NCBI GenBank assembly: GCA_965221835.1
Contig: OZ244916.1
Coordinates: 417,772-481,771 of the forward strand
DNA: 64,000 nt
Source: Gammaproteobacteria bacterium
GTDB taxonomy: Bacteria; Pseudomonadota; Gammaproteobacteria; Tethybacterales; Persebacteraceae
Reading direction: 5' to 3'
Shown in pieces: positions 10,360-19,713 of this stretch (positions are counted from its first letter, which is position 1; each line of letters starts with the position of its first letter). The position numbers and the translations under genes are program-made. The notes under the pieces were generated by a model, which was not told the origin of the DNA, ran no database searches, and saw only the letters and a list, made by a program, of their open reading frames with translations.

Positions 10360-11688
10360 TTGACAACTTCTTTTCATTGGCGGCGGGATTTGTATATTCA
10401 CGACAACTTGCCGGTGTTGCGTTCGTTAGATTCCGAAAACGTTGATTTAATTTATCTTGACCCGCCGTTCAATTCGGGCAAACAATGGGAATCGCCGATT
10501 GGCGGCAAAAAAGGCAAAGCGGTTGCATCGTTTAAGGACACTTGGTCGCCGACCGACAATCACGCCGATGAGTTGTACGAATTGCACGCAAAATGCCCGC
10601 AAGTCATTCCGCTGATTCGTTCGCTGTGGGAAATCAATGGCGGAAGTTGGTGGGCGTATTTAATTTATATGGCGGTGCGATTGGTGGAAATGCGGCGAAT
10701 TCTGAAACCGACCGGCAGCATTTATTATCACTGCGACCCGACAATGTCGCACGGCGTCAAATTAGTTATGGACGGAATTTTTGGCGGAAACTTTCGGAAT
10801 GAAATTGTTTGGGGATATCCGGACAGTCCGTCTGCCGCCAAAAAAGATTTTCCACGCAAGCACGATATTATTTTTCGTTATAGCAAAACAGGCAACTTTA
10901 CATTTAACGGCGCGGATGTCGCCATTCCTTATGCATCGTCAAGTATCAATAGAATCAAATACGCCGCCAACAAATCCACAGTGATGCGCGGGACAAAAAT
11001 TAAATTGCGCCCGGAGGGAAAAACGCCTCCTACCGTTTGGATGGATATTAAACAAGCGTACAGATACCGGGAAAGCACCGGCTATCCGACACAAAAACCC
11101 GTTGCGCTTTTGGCACGAATCATAAAAGCATCTTCCAACAAAGGCGATGTTGTTTTGGATCCGTTTTGCGGTTGCGGCACGACGATGGTCGCTGCGCAAA
11201 AACTAAAACGGAATTGGATTGGAATTGATATTTCCGATTTGGCGGCGACAATTTTAACCGACCGCACGGCGTTGTTTTCGGCGGAACAAGATGCATCGGG
11301 CATTAAAGTGTATCGCCGAAAGTTGCCGAAACGAACGGACTTGCCGAAGTTGCCGGACAAAGACGAACTACGCGCAAAGTTATACGAAGAGCAAAAACGT
11401 CGTTGTGCGGCACCGTGCGGCGAAAATGGCGAAGGCGTGAAAATAGAGTTGCGACAAATGCATCTTGACCACAAAATCGCCCGTGCGAGAGGCGGGCAAG
11501 ATGTCGCCGAAAATCTGCAATTGCTTTGCCCGAATTGCAATGCCAAAAAAGGGGCGGATGGCGAAACGCGTTTTCGCAACCGTCTTTTGCGGGAAGCAAT
11601 CAAACGAAGTCAAGAAGCCTATCGCCGCAAAACCGACAAACGTTACGCCGATTTTTACGATCAACTCGGACGGGAAGACAAAGATTAA
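10360..11688 (+). CDS. N6/N4 DNA methyltransferase (beta class) fused to a C-terminal HNH endonuclease
   Basis: DLIYLDPPF, YPTQKP, VLDPFCGCGTT, then CAAPC...HLDHKIARARGG-x5-NLQLLCPNCNAKKG; TTG start with GGAG upstream. Confidence 0.85.
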   Translation: MTTSFHWRRDLYIHDNLPVLRSLDSENVDLIYLDPPFNSGKQWESPIGGKKGKAVASFKDTWSPTDNHADELYELHAKCPQVIPLIRSLWEINGGSWWAYLIYMAVRLVEMRRILKPTGSIYYHCDPTMSHGVKLVMDGIFGGNFRNEIVWGYPDSPSAAKKDFPRKHDIIFRYSKTGNFTFNGADVAIPYASSSINRIKYAANKSTVMRGTKIKLRPEGKTPPTVWMDIKQAYRYRESTGYPTQKPVALLARIIKASSNKGDVVLDPFCGCGTTMVAAQKLKRNWIGIDISDLAATILTDRTALFSAEQDASGIKVYRRKLPKRTDLPKLPDKDELRAKLYEEQKRRCAAPCGENGEGVKIELRQMHLDHKIARARGGQDVAENLQLLCPNCNAKKGADGETRFRNRLLREAIKRSQEAYRRKTDKRYADFYDQLGREDKD

Positions 11689-11806
11689 CGGCGAAGATTC
11701 CGGCGTTTTTTTATCAGAAATTAATTTAAGAATTCCATTTCGTGCCGCAATAAACTACGGCGAGAGAACGAAAAAGATTTCGGCGTTCGCCGGAATGGCG
11801 GCGGAA

Positions 11807-12835
11807 TTATTTAAGCAACTCCACCGCCAGATGTTCGGCGATTTGTACGGCGTTTAATGCAGCACCTTTGCGGATGTTGTCGCTGACAATCCATAAATCC
11901 AATCCGCGCGGATGCGAAATATCTTCGCGAATGCGCCCGACAAAAACTTCGTCCCGATCCGCCGCATGCTGCACCGGCGTTGGATATCCGCCGGCGATGT
12001 GTTCGTCCAGCACGAGTACGCCTGGTGCTTCGGCGAGTAAGTTGCGCGCTTCGTCCGCCGAAAGTTTTTTTTGCGTTTCTAAATGTACGGCTTCGGAATG
12101 CCCGTAAAAAACCGGCACGCGCACGGCGGTCGCATTGACGAGAATGGAATCGTCTTCCAAAATTTTGCATGTCTCGCGCGCCATTTTCATTTCTTCGCGC
12201 GTATAGCCGTTGTCTTCAAACGAATCAATGTGCGGAATGCAATTGAACGCCAGCGGTGCGGGAAAAACTTCAACACTCGGCGGTCGTCCGGAAAGCATAT
12301 CGGTCGTTTGGGCGGCGAGTTCTTTTATCGCCCGCGCCCCCGCACCGCTCGCCGCCTGATAAGTGGCGACATTGATGCGGGTGATTTTCGCCGCATCGTG
12401 CAGCGGTTTTAGCGCGACCAGCAATTGCATTGTGGAACAATTCGGATTGGCGATGATGTTGCGGTTTTTGTAATCGGCGATGCGATGCGGATTGACTTCG
12501 GAAATGATCAGCGGTATGTCGTCGTCGCGGCGAAAATGGGATGAGTTGTCTATCACGACACATCCGGCATCGGCGGCGCGCGGTGCATACTCGGCGCTGC
12601 GTTCGCCGCCTGCCGAAAACAGCGCGATTTGCGCGCGCGAAAAATCAAAATCCGCCAAATTTTGTATCTGCAATTCGTCTCCGCCGAATTGGACGGAATC
12701 GCCCGCCGAACGGGCGGACGCCAGCGGGTATAAGTTTCGCACCGGAAAGTTTCGTTGCGCGAGAATTTTTAGCATTTGCGAACCGACTGCGCCGGTCGCG
12801 CCGGCAACGGCAACATCAAAAGCGGGGGCGGTCAT
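11807..12835 (-). CDS. asd: Aspartate-semialdehyde dehydrogenase
   Basis: [57 protein letters not shown]. Confidence 0.97.
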   Translation of the reverse strand: MTAPAFDVAVAGATGAVGSQMLKILAQRNFPVRNLYPLASARSAGDSVQFGGDELQIQNLADFDFSRAQIALFSAGGERSAEYAPRAADAGCVVIDNSSHFRRDDDIPLIISEVNPHRIADYKNRNIIANPNCSTMQLLVALKPLHDAAKITRINVATYQAASGAGARAIKELAAQTTDMLSGRPPSVEVFPAPLAFNCIPHIDSFEDNGYTREEMKMARETCKILEDDSILVNATAVRVPVFYGHSEAVHLETQKKLSADEARNLLAEAPGVLVLDEHIAGGYPTPVQHAADRDEVFVGRIREDISHPRGLDLWIVSDNIRKGAALNAVQIAEHLAVELLK

Positions 12836-13911
12836 AAGTTTTCCGCGACTCGCCGTCCCATTTCGCGACAGCCGATGCTGTCTTCGCCGGGGGCGGCAAT
12901 GTCGGCGGTGCGCGCGCCGTCCGCAAGCGTTTTTTGAACTGCGGATTCGACTTGGTCGGCGGCGTGCGGTGCGTTGAGGGAATGGCGCAACATCATCGCG
13001 AGCGATAAAATCATCGCCAGCGGATTGGCGCGGTCTTGTCCGGCAATGTCGGGGGCGGCGCCATGCACCGGTTCGTAAATCCCTTTTCCGGAATCGTTTA
13101 ACGATGCGGACGGCAACATTCCGATGGAACCGGTCAGCATCGCCGCGGCGTCCGATAAAATATCGCCGAACAAATTTTCGGTTAACAAAACATCAAATTG
13201 TTTGGGCGCGCGCACCATTTGCATCGCCGCGTTGTCCACATACAAATGCGACAACTCCACATCGGGATAGTCGGACGCGCCGATGGCGGAAACGACTTCG
13301 CGCCACAAAATGCTCGTTTCCAGCACATTGGCTTTGTCCGCCGAACAGAGACGTTTTTGTCTCGTGCGGGCGGTGCGAAAGGCGGCGCGGGCAACGCGGG
13401 CGATTTCGTTTTCGTCATAGCGCATCGTGTTGAACGCTTCGCGCGCGCCTGCATTGTTTTTGCCGAAACCGCGCGGTTCGCCGAAATATAAACCGCCGGT
13501 CAATTCGCGGACGATTAAAATATCCAAACCGGAAACGAGTTCGGGGCGCAAAGAAGACGCGCCCGCCAACGCCGGATGACAAACGGCGGGGCGCAAATTG
13601 GCGAATGCGCCGAGCGATTTGCGCAACTGCAAAAGTCCTTTTTCGGGTTTTTGTGCGGGGGGTAGTTTGTCGTATTGCGGCGCACCGACCGCGCCCAACA
13701 ATATCGCGTCCGCCGCTTTTGCCGCCCGCAAAGTATCATCCGGCAAGGGCGAGTTGTCCGCGTCTATCGCCGCGCCGCCGATGCGTGCGGTCGCGATAGT
13801 CGGCGGTGCAATCGCGCCTTTTTCCGCCAGTGTGCGCAATACGATTTCCGCTTGCGCCGCGACTTCCGCGCCGATTCCGTCGCCGGGTAAAATAAGAATG
13901 TTCGCGCCCAT
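12832..13911 (-). CDS. leuB: 3-isopropylmalate dehydrogenase
   Basis: [54 protein letters not shown]. Confidence 0.97.
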   Translation of the reverse strand: MGANILILPGDGIGAEVAAQAEIVLRTLAEKGAIAPPTIATARIGGAAIDADNSPLPDDTLRAAKAADAILLGAVGAPQYDKLPPAQKPEKGLLQLRKSLGAFANLRPAVCHPALAGASSLRPELVSGLDILIVRELTGGLYFGEPRGFGKNNAGAREAFNTMRYDENEIARVARAAFRTARTRQKRLCSADKANVLETSILWREVVSAIGASDYPDVELSHLYVDNAAMQMVRAPKQFDVLLTENLFGDILSDAAAMLTGSIGMLPSASLNDSGKGIYEPVHGAAPDIAGQDRANPLAMILSLAMMLRHSLNAPHAADQVESAVQKTLADGARTADIAAPGEDSIGCREMGRRVAENL

Positions 13912-13916
13912 TTCGT

Positions 13917-14561
13917 TTATTTCGCGTTTTGGGTGAGCCACGGTTCCGCCTCGCGCCGCCGCTGTTCATAGTCGCGAATTTTGTCTTGTTTTTGCATCGT
14001 CAACGCGATGTCGTCCAATCCTTTTAGCAAACGTTTTTTGTCGCCCGCCGCTACTGCGAACGAAAAAGTTTTTTCGTTTTCGGCGGCGACGGTTTGTTGT
14101 GCTAAATCAATTTGCAAACGCATGTCGCCGTTTTTGCACAAAGAAAAAAGCGCGCCGATTTCCGCCGCCGAAAGACAAACCGGCAAGAGACCGTTTTTAA
14201 TTGCGTTGCTGTAAAAAATGTCGCCGAAACTCGGCGCGATAACGGCGCGAAATCCGTAATCGGCGAGCGCCCACACCGCATGTTCGCGCGAAGAACCGCA
14301 ACCGAAGTTGTCGCGCGCGAGGAGAATTTGCGCGCCCGCATAACGCGGATTGTTTAATATAAAATCGGGATTTGTCGGGCGGGCGGAGCAGTCCATTCCC
14401 AACTCGCCGCGATCCAGATAGCGCCATTCGTCAAACAAAAACGGTCCGAAACCGCTGCGTTGAATGGAACGCAAAAATTGTTTTGGAATAATTTGGTCGG
14501 TGTCCACATTCGCCATATCCAGCGGCACCGCCGTCGCCGTCAATTTTGTAAACGCCCGCAT
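13917..14561 (-). CDS. leuD: 3-isopropylmalate dehydratase small subunit
   Basis: [38 protein letters not shown]. Confidence 0.97.
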   Translation of the reverse strand: MRAFTKLTATAVPLDMANVDTDQIIPKQFLRSIQRSGFGPFLFDEWRYLDRGELGMDCSARPTNPDFILNNPRYAGAQILLARDNFGCGSSREHAVWALADYGFRAVIAPSFGDIFYSNAIKNGLLPVCLSAAEIGALFSLCKNGDMRLQIDLAQQTVAAENEKTFSFAVAAGDKKRLLKGLDDIALTMQKQDKIRDYEQRRREAEPWLTQNAK

Positions 14562-14604
14562 CCGCCCATTATATCACAACGCCGCGTTTTGCGGTTTGCG
14601 CGGA

Positions 14605-15273
14605 TTATTCTTTTAATACGCCGTCCAACAAAACGGCGCGGCGTTTTGCGCGGGCGGCGATTTTTTCGTCATGGCTTACGACAATCACCGCGGCACCGGA
14701 ATCCGCGGCGCATTCCAGCATCATCGCAAAAACGGTATCCGCATTTTTGCGATCCAAGTTGCCGGTCGGTTCGTCCGCCAAAAGACATGCCGGATCGCCC
14801 GCCAATGCCCGCGCGACTGCTGTCCGTTGTCGTTCGCCGCCGGACATTTGCCCCGGACGTTTGTGTGCGCAAGCGGACAATCCCAAACGGTCTATATTTT
14901 TGCGGGCGGATTGTTTTGCATTTAGGTGCGGCACGCCGCGAATCAACAGCGGCATTGCGACATTTTCCAACGCGGAAAACTCCGGCAACAAAAGATGAAG
15001 TTGAAATACAAAACCCAGCATCCGGTTGCGCCACGCCGCGCTTTCCGCCGCCCGCATTTCGTCCCATCGTTTTCCCGCCGCCGCCGCATAACCGCCGTCC
15101 GGCGAATCCAATCCGCCCAGCAAATGAAGCAAAGTCGTTTTTCCGGAACCGGATGCACCAGAGATGCAAATCGTTTCGCCGCTTTGTACGGAAAGCGAAA
15201 CGCCCGCCAATACTTCGCCGTCCGCGAAAGATTTTTTCAATCCTTCGCAAAAAATCGCGGGCGATTCATTCAT
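14605..15273 (-). CDS. lolD: Lipoprotein-releasing ABC transporter ATP-binding protein
   Basis: GASGSGKT, LGFVFQLHLLLPEFSALENV, MSGGERQR, ADEPTGNLD; downstream of lolC/E. Confidence 0.9.
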   Translation of the reverse strand: MNESPAIFCEGLKKSFADGEVLAGVSLSVQSGETICISGASGSGKTTLLHLLGGLDSPDGGYAAAAGKRWDEMRAAESAAWRNRMLGFVFQLHLLLPEFSALENVAMPLLIRGVPHLNAKQSARKNIDRLGLSACAHKRPGQMSGGERQRTAVARALAGDPACLLADEPTGNLDRKNADTVFAMMLECAADSGAAVIVVSHDEKIAARAKRRAVLLDGVLKE

Positions 15274-16510
15274 GCCGCAAAGAATCTGCCGGCATGAGTC
15301 GTCCGCCGCTCCACGCCGGATAGGCGGACGCCGCAAGCGAAATCGCAAACGCCGTTGCGACAACAATCGCGACATCGGATGTCACAATATCGGACGGCAA
15401 TCGCCCGAGTTGATAGATATTTCCGGGAAAAAGTGCGTAATCAAACTTTTCTTCAATCCATGCGACAATGCCGCCGACATTCGCCGCCAGCGGCAATCCG
15501 GCGGCAAGACCGAGTATCGCACCGCCGCCGCCGATGAGCATTCCCTGCATTAAAAAAATGCGCGTGATGCCGCCGCCGCCGACTCCCATCGCGCGCAAAA
15601 TCGCGATTTCTCCGCGTTTGTTGCGCACCATCGTCACCAACGCCGAAACGATATTAAATGCGGCGACCATAATAATGAGAGTCAAAATGACGAACATCGC
15701 GCGTTTTTCCAACGCCAACGCGCGAAACAATTCGCCATGGCTGCTTGTCCAATCGTACAAATATAAGTTAGGCGGGCTTTCTGCTTGCAGTTTTGCGCGC
15801 AAGGCGGGGGCGCGAATAATATCTTTCAGTTTCAATCGCACCGACGAAATTGAATCGCCGAGACGGTAAATTTTTTGTGCATCTTGCAAATGAATATAGG
15901 CGAGCGACGAATCGAATTGATGCACACCGGAATCGAAAATACCGGCGACTTCCAGACGGCGAATGCGCGGCAACAATCCGGCGGCGGTCAAACGCCCTTT
16001 CGGTGCGAGCAACATAACTTTGTCGCCGGCTTTTACGCGCAAGTTGCGCGCCAGCACATCGCCCAAAAAAATGCGAAACGCCCCCGGCGCGAGGGCGGAT
16101 TGCATTTCGTTTTCCATTTGCCGGACGACATTGTTGACTTGCGATTCGCGGGATGGTTCAATGCCGTGTATCAGCACGCCGCGCACATGGTTGTCGTTCA
16201 CGAGCAATCCTTGTTCTTGAATGTTCGGTGCGGCGGCGACGACGGCGGGATCTTGCAAATACAATTCCGCAATCGTTTGCCAATCGTTTAAATTGTCGTC
16301 CACTCCGGCGACTTCCAAATGCGAAGCGATTCCGAGAATGCGTTCGCGCAACTGATTTTGAAAACCGGTCATCACCGCCAGCACCGTTAGCAACGCGGCG
16401 ACTCCCAGCGCGATGCCCGCCATAGACAGCGCGGAAACAAACGAAACAAAACGGTCGTGTTTGCCGGACAACGTAAAACGCAATCCTATAAAAAATTCGT
16501 AATAGCGCAA
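15266..16510 (-). CDS. lolE: Lipoprotein-releasing ABC transporter permease LolC/E
   Basis: FIGLRF, SMAGIALGVAALLTVLAVMTGF, VAAFNIVSAL, EIAILRAMG, C-terminal PADSLRHE; TTG start with GGAG. Confidence 0.9.
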   Translation of the reverse strand: MRYYEFFIGLRFTLSGKHDRFVSFVSALSMAGIALGVAALLTVLAVMTGFQNQLRERILGIASHLEVAGVDDNLNDWQTIAELYLQDPAVVAAAPNIQEQGLLVNDNHVRGVLIHGIEPSRESQVNNVVRQMENEMQSALAPGAFRIFLGDVLARNLRVKAGDKVMLLAPKGRLTAAGLLPRIRRLEVAGIFDSGVHQFDSSLAYIHLQDAQKIYRLGDSISSVRLKLKDIIRAPALRAKLQAESPPNLYLYDWTSSHGELFRALALEKRAMFVILTLIIMVAAFNIVSALVTMVRNKRGEIAILRAMGVGGGGITRIFLMQGMLIGGGGAILGLAAGLPLAANVGGIVAWIEEKFDYALFPGNIYQLGRLPSDIVTSDVAIVVATAFAISLAASAYPAWSGGRLMPADSLRHE

Positions 16511-16641
16511 AACTTCTCCACCGCGCGCCCGAAAAGTTGAACGCGTTATTGTTATTTTAACAAAATTTTCGCTCTTCGCGCAACTGCCTCGCAAACGGCG
16601 GAGAGTGAAAGTTTTGGAAAAATTCGCGCTATAATACGGCG

Positions 16642-18093
16642 ATGAAAAAAATTAAAAATCAATCTCTTTTGCGCGGCGCGGGGTATGTGCGCGGCGAATG
16701 GTGCGGTGCGGACGGCGGCGCGTTTTTCGGCGTGGACAATCCCGCGACCGGCGAAGTTATCGCGAATGTGCCGCAAATGGGCGCGGCAGAAACCCGCCGG
16801 GCGATAGACGCCGCCGCTGCCGCCTTTGCGAAATGGCGTGTCATTCCCGCCAAAGAACGCGCCGCGTTTGTGATGGAATGGTATCGCATGATTTTGGAAA
16901 ACGCCGATGATTTGGCGCGTTTAATGACTCTAGAACAAGGCAAACCGCTCGCCGAATCGCGCGGCGAAGTTTTGTACGGTGCATCTTTCGCGCAATGGTT
17001 TGCCGAAGAATGCAAACGCGGCGGCGGCGAAATCGTCCCCGCCCCCCGCACACAAACGCAAATCCGCATTACCCGCGAAGCGGCGGGAGTCGCCGCGCTG
17101 ATTACGCCGTGGAATTTTCCGATTGCGATGATTATGCGCAAAGCCGCGCCTGCTCTCGCGGCGGGATGCACCGTTGTCGCCAAACCCGCTTCGCAAACGC
17201 CGCTGTGCGCCATCGCGCTCGCCGCCCTCGCCGAAAAAGCCGGATTTCCCGCCGGTGTTTTCAATTTAATCACCGGCGATGCGCGCGCGGTCGGCGGCGA
17301 GTTGTGCGCAAATCCCGCCGTCCGCGTTTTGTCTTTCACCGGTTCCACCGAAGTCGGCAGATTGCTCGCCGCCGCTTGCGCACCCGATGTCAAAAAACTC
17401 GCGTTGGAACTCGGCGGCAACGCGCCGTTTATCGTTTTTGACGATGCAGATTTGTCGCGCGCCGCCGCACAACTTATGGCGTCCAAATTTCGCAACGCCG
17501 GACAAACTTGCGTTTGCGCAAATCGCGTTTATGTGCAGCGCGGCGTATACGACGAATTTGCCGAAATAATGAAAGAAAAAGTACTCGCGCTAAAAGTCGG
17601 CGACGGTCTGGAAGCGGGCGTAGACATCGGTCCGCTGATTGACGATTCCGCCGTGCAAAAAGCGGAAAATCATTTGCGCGGATGCGAATCGGGCGGCGCA
17701 AATGTCATTGTTCGCGGCGGACGGACGGACGCAGGCGCGCGATTTTTCGCCCCCGCATTGCTGGGCAATGTGCCGGACGGCGCGCCGCCGTGTCGCGAAG
17801 AAACTTTCGCACCGCTTGCGCCGCTGTTTATTTTTGATGACGAAACGGAAGTCGTGCGCCGCGCGAACGACACGATTTACGGATTGTCGGCGTATTTATG
17901 CACGCGCGATTTAGGTCGTGCCATGCGCGTTTCCGAATCGCTGGAATCGGGAATCGTCGGCGTAAACGAAGGCATTATTTCCACCGAAGTCGCTCCTTTC
18001 GGCGGCGTTAAACAATCCGGAATCGGACGCGAAGGCGGCGCACACGGAATGGACGAATACACCGAAACTAAATATACACTTTTCGGCTATTGA
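16642..18093 (+). CDS. gabD: NAD(P)-dependent succinate-semialdehyde dehydrogenase
   Basis: ITPWNFP, SFTGSTEVG, LELGGNAP, FRNAGQTCVC, EETFAP, APFGGVKQSGIGREG. Confidence 0.92.
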   Translation: MKKIKNQSLLRGAGYVRGEWCGADGGAFFGVDNPATGEVIANVPQMGAAETRRAIDAAAAAFAKWRVIPAKERAAFVMEWYRMILENADDLARLMTLEQGKPLAESRGEVLYGASFAQWFAEECKRGGGEIVPAPRTQTQIRITREAAGVAALITPWNFPIAMIMRKAAPALAAGCTVVAKPASQTPLCAIALAALAEKAGFPAGVFNLITGDARAVGGELCANPAVRVLSFTGSTEVGRLLAAACAPDVKKLALELGGNAPFIVFDDADLSRAAAQLMASKFRNAGQTCVCANRVYVQRGVYDEFAEIMKEKVLALKVGDGLEAGVDIGPLIDDSAVQKAENHLRGCESGGANVIVRGGRTDAGARFFAPALLGNVPDGAPPCREETFAPLAPLFIFDDETEVVRRANDTIYGLSAYLCTRDLGRAMRVSESLESGIVGVNEGIISTEVAPFGGVKQSGIGREGGAHGMDEYTETKYTLFGY

Positions 18094-18120
18094 TTTTTTT
18101 TGGCGCGAGAATTTTCGGCG

Positions 18121-18160
18121 GAATCGGTGAATCGGTGAATCGGTGAATCGGCGAATCGGT
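18121..18160. repeat. 8-bp tandem repeat (GAATCGGT) x5
   Basis: gaatcggt gaatcggt gaatcggt gaatcggc gaatcggt between convergent genes. Confidence 0.9.
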
Positions 18161-18181
18161 ATCGCGCCGCGAACGGGCGAA

Positions 18182-18754
18182 TTATTTTTCCCCCGAAACG
18201 CGCAACTCCCACACCGCCAACGATTCTTTACCGGCGGCTTCGCGGCATCCCGCTATCCATTGTTTGTATTCTGCAATAGAATCCGACTGCGTCCAACTGC
18301 CTGAGACGCCCGCTTTTTTTAATATAAATCCGTCCAGCGGACAGTGCCGCGGTTCGGAAATCATATCCAAACACCAAAGATATTTAAGATATAAATTTAA
18401 CGCCTTTTGCGAAGTGCCGATTCGCAATCGTTTGTCGCGCAAAAGTTCGCCGTGATATTTTGACAAAAAATCGGCGAGTGCGTTGATTTTTTTGATGTGG
18501 AGTGCATCAGTTATTTTCATTTTGTATTCATAATCCATCCCCGCGTTGAATAGTGCAAGTTTCCACGAATCGCGAAAATCGTACCGGTCGTAGTAGCCCG
18601 ATGCGGGCGAATAAACCGGATTGCGTCGCACGGAAGCCAGCATAGTGTTGTCCAACGCCCAATGTCGTTTTACATCCTCGTCTTTTCTGGCAACGGATTG
18701 CCATTCGTTCATTCCGCGAAGAAATTTTCTTTTCAATTTTGCGATGTCATTCAT
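18182..18754 (-). CDS. Hypothetical protein, possible HhH-GPD/glycosylase-like fold
   Basis: AAGGA RBS, 190 aa; G-x2-QK-x-LNLYLKYLWC...HCPLD motif. Confidence 0.6.
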   Translation of the reverse strand: MNDIAKLKRKFLRGMNEWQSVARKDEDVKRHWALDNTMLASVRRNPVYSPASGYYDRYDFRDSWKLALFNAGMDYEYKMKITDALHIKKINALADFLSKYHGELLRDKRLRIGTSQKALNLYLKYLWCLDMISEPRHCPLDGFILKKAGVSGSWTQSDSIAEYKQWIAGCREAAGKESLAVWELRVSGEK

Positions 18755-18817
18755 AACGGTTCCTTAAAGCATCTAAAAACGAATTGCTGAAAGAGATAGT
18801 TGCGGGCGGCATAGCAA

Positions 18818-18844
18818 TTCGTGCCGCAATAACTACGGCACGAA
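18818..18844. repeat. Inverted repeat TTCGTGCCG-N9-CGGCACGAA; degenerate copy at about 11739-11763
   Basis: Perfect 9-bp stem; near-identical loop in the second copy. Confidence 0.7.
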
Positions 18845-18883
18845 AATTTTTTTATACCATTCCCGCGAACTTGTCGCGGCGGG

Positions 18884-19537
18884 TTATTTGGATTTGCGGA
18901 TGTGTTGCAAAATAATCGCCTCTACATCGGCGACAAACCATGTGCCGTTTACGCGAAGGGAGTTTTTGATGCGGCGTTTTTTCAACTCTGTCGTTACTTT
19001 TTTGCAGTCGCGACAAAACTCAATCCAGCCTTCATTGTTTTTCGGGTAAGGCAATGCTTGACTTAATATTTCGTCGTATACGCCGATTTTTTTGGGCGCC
19101 AATATCCGCAAAATTTTGGAACCGAAAGAAACGCTCAATCCGTTCGGTTTGGTAATCGCTTCAACCGCCCCGTTCATATTGCCTTTTTGCAAACATTCAA
19201 CCGACCGCCGAACGGCGTGAATAACTGCTTTTCGGGTTTCGGCGTCTTTGTCAATTTGTCCGCGTATTCTGTTTCCGCTACTGCCGCACCAAATTAAAAT
19301 GCCGTAAACAACACGCCAAATCGCGCCTTCGTTGCCGAGATTGTGTTCCACCAAATACCGCCCCTCTTTTTCCAAAGAAAACGTATCGCAATTAGCGTCT
19401 TCTTTTTCGCGAAAGGCTTTAATGACTTTGCGATTCAGTACCGGAAATTCCGGCAAGGTAATTTTTTGTCCATCTCCGAAATAAACGGAAGCCCGTTTAA
19501 CTTCAATTTTCCCTTTTGCTTTTTGTTTATTTTTCAC
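18884..19537 (-). CDS. Hypothetical protein, OGG/HhH DNA-glycosylase-like fold
   Basis: GTG start with AGGAG RBS and TGnTATAAT at 19568-19576; GLSVSFGSKIL...P...VYD...L and W-x2-ADVE motifs. Confidence 0.65.
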   Translation of the reverse strand: MKNKQKAKGKIEVKRASVYFGDGQKITLPEFPVLNRKVIKAFREKEDANCDTFSLEKEGRYLVEHNLGNEGAIWRVVYGILIWCGSSGNRIRGQIDKDAETRKAVIHAVRRSVECLQKGNMNGAVEAITKPNGLSVSFGSKILRILAPKKIGVYDEILSQALPYPKNNEGWIEFCRDCKKVTTELKKRRIKNSLRVNGTWFVADVEAIILQHIRKSK

Positions 19538-19713
19538 TACTATTCTCCTGTTTGCAAGTAAAACGCAATTATAACAAATACAAGAAAAAAACAAAAATCC
19601 CAAAGCGCACCATCCCAGCGAAAATTGTAATCTCTCCGATTTCAATTAAAAACCCGGAAATTTTTATTTTCACCAAAATGGCAAACGGGCGGCGGCGGTG
19701 TTTCGGTTTTCCC

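Noticed and set aside
18755-18890. Integron attC site between the two orphan genes (TAAC at the stop, GTTATG at the next start)
   Set aside because: No proper RYYYAAC/GTTRRRY complementarity or L boxes across the interval, and no integrase in the window.
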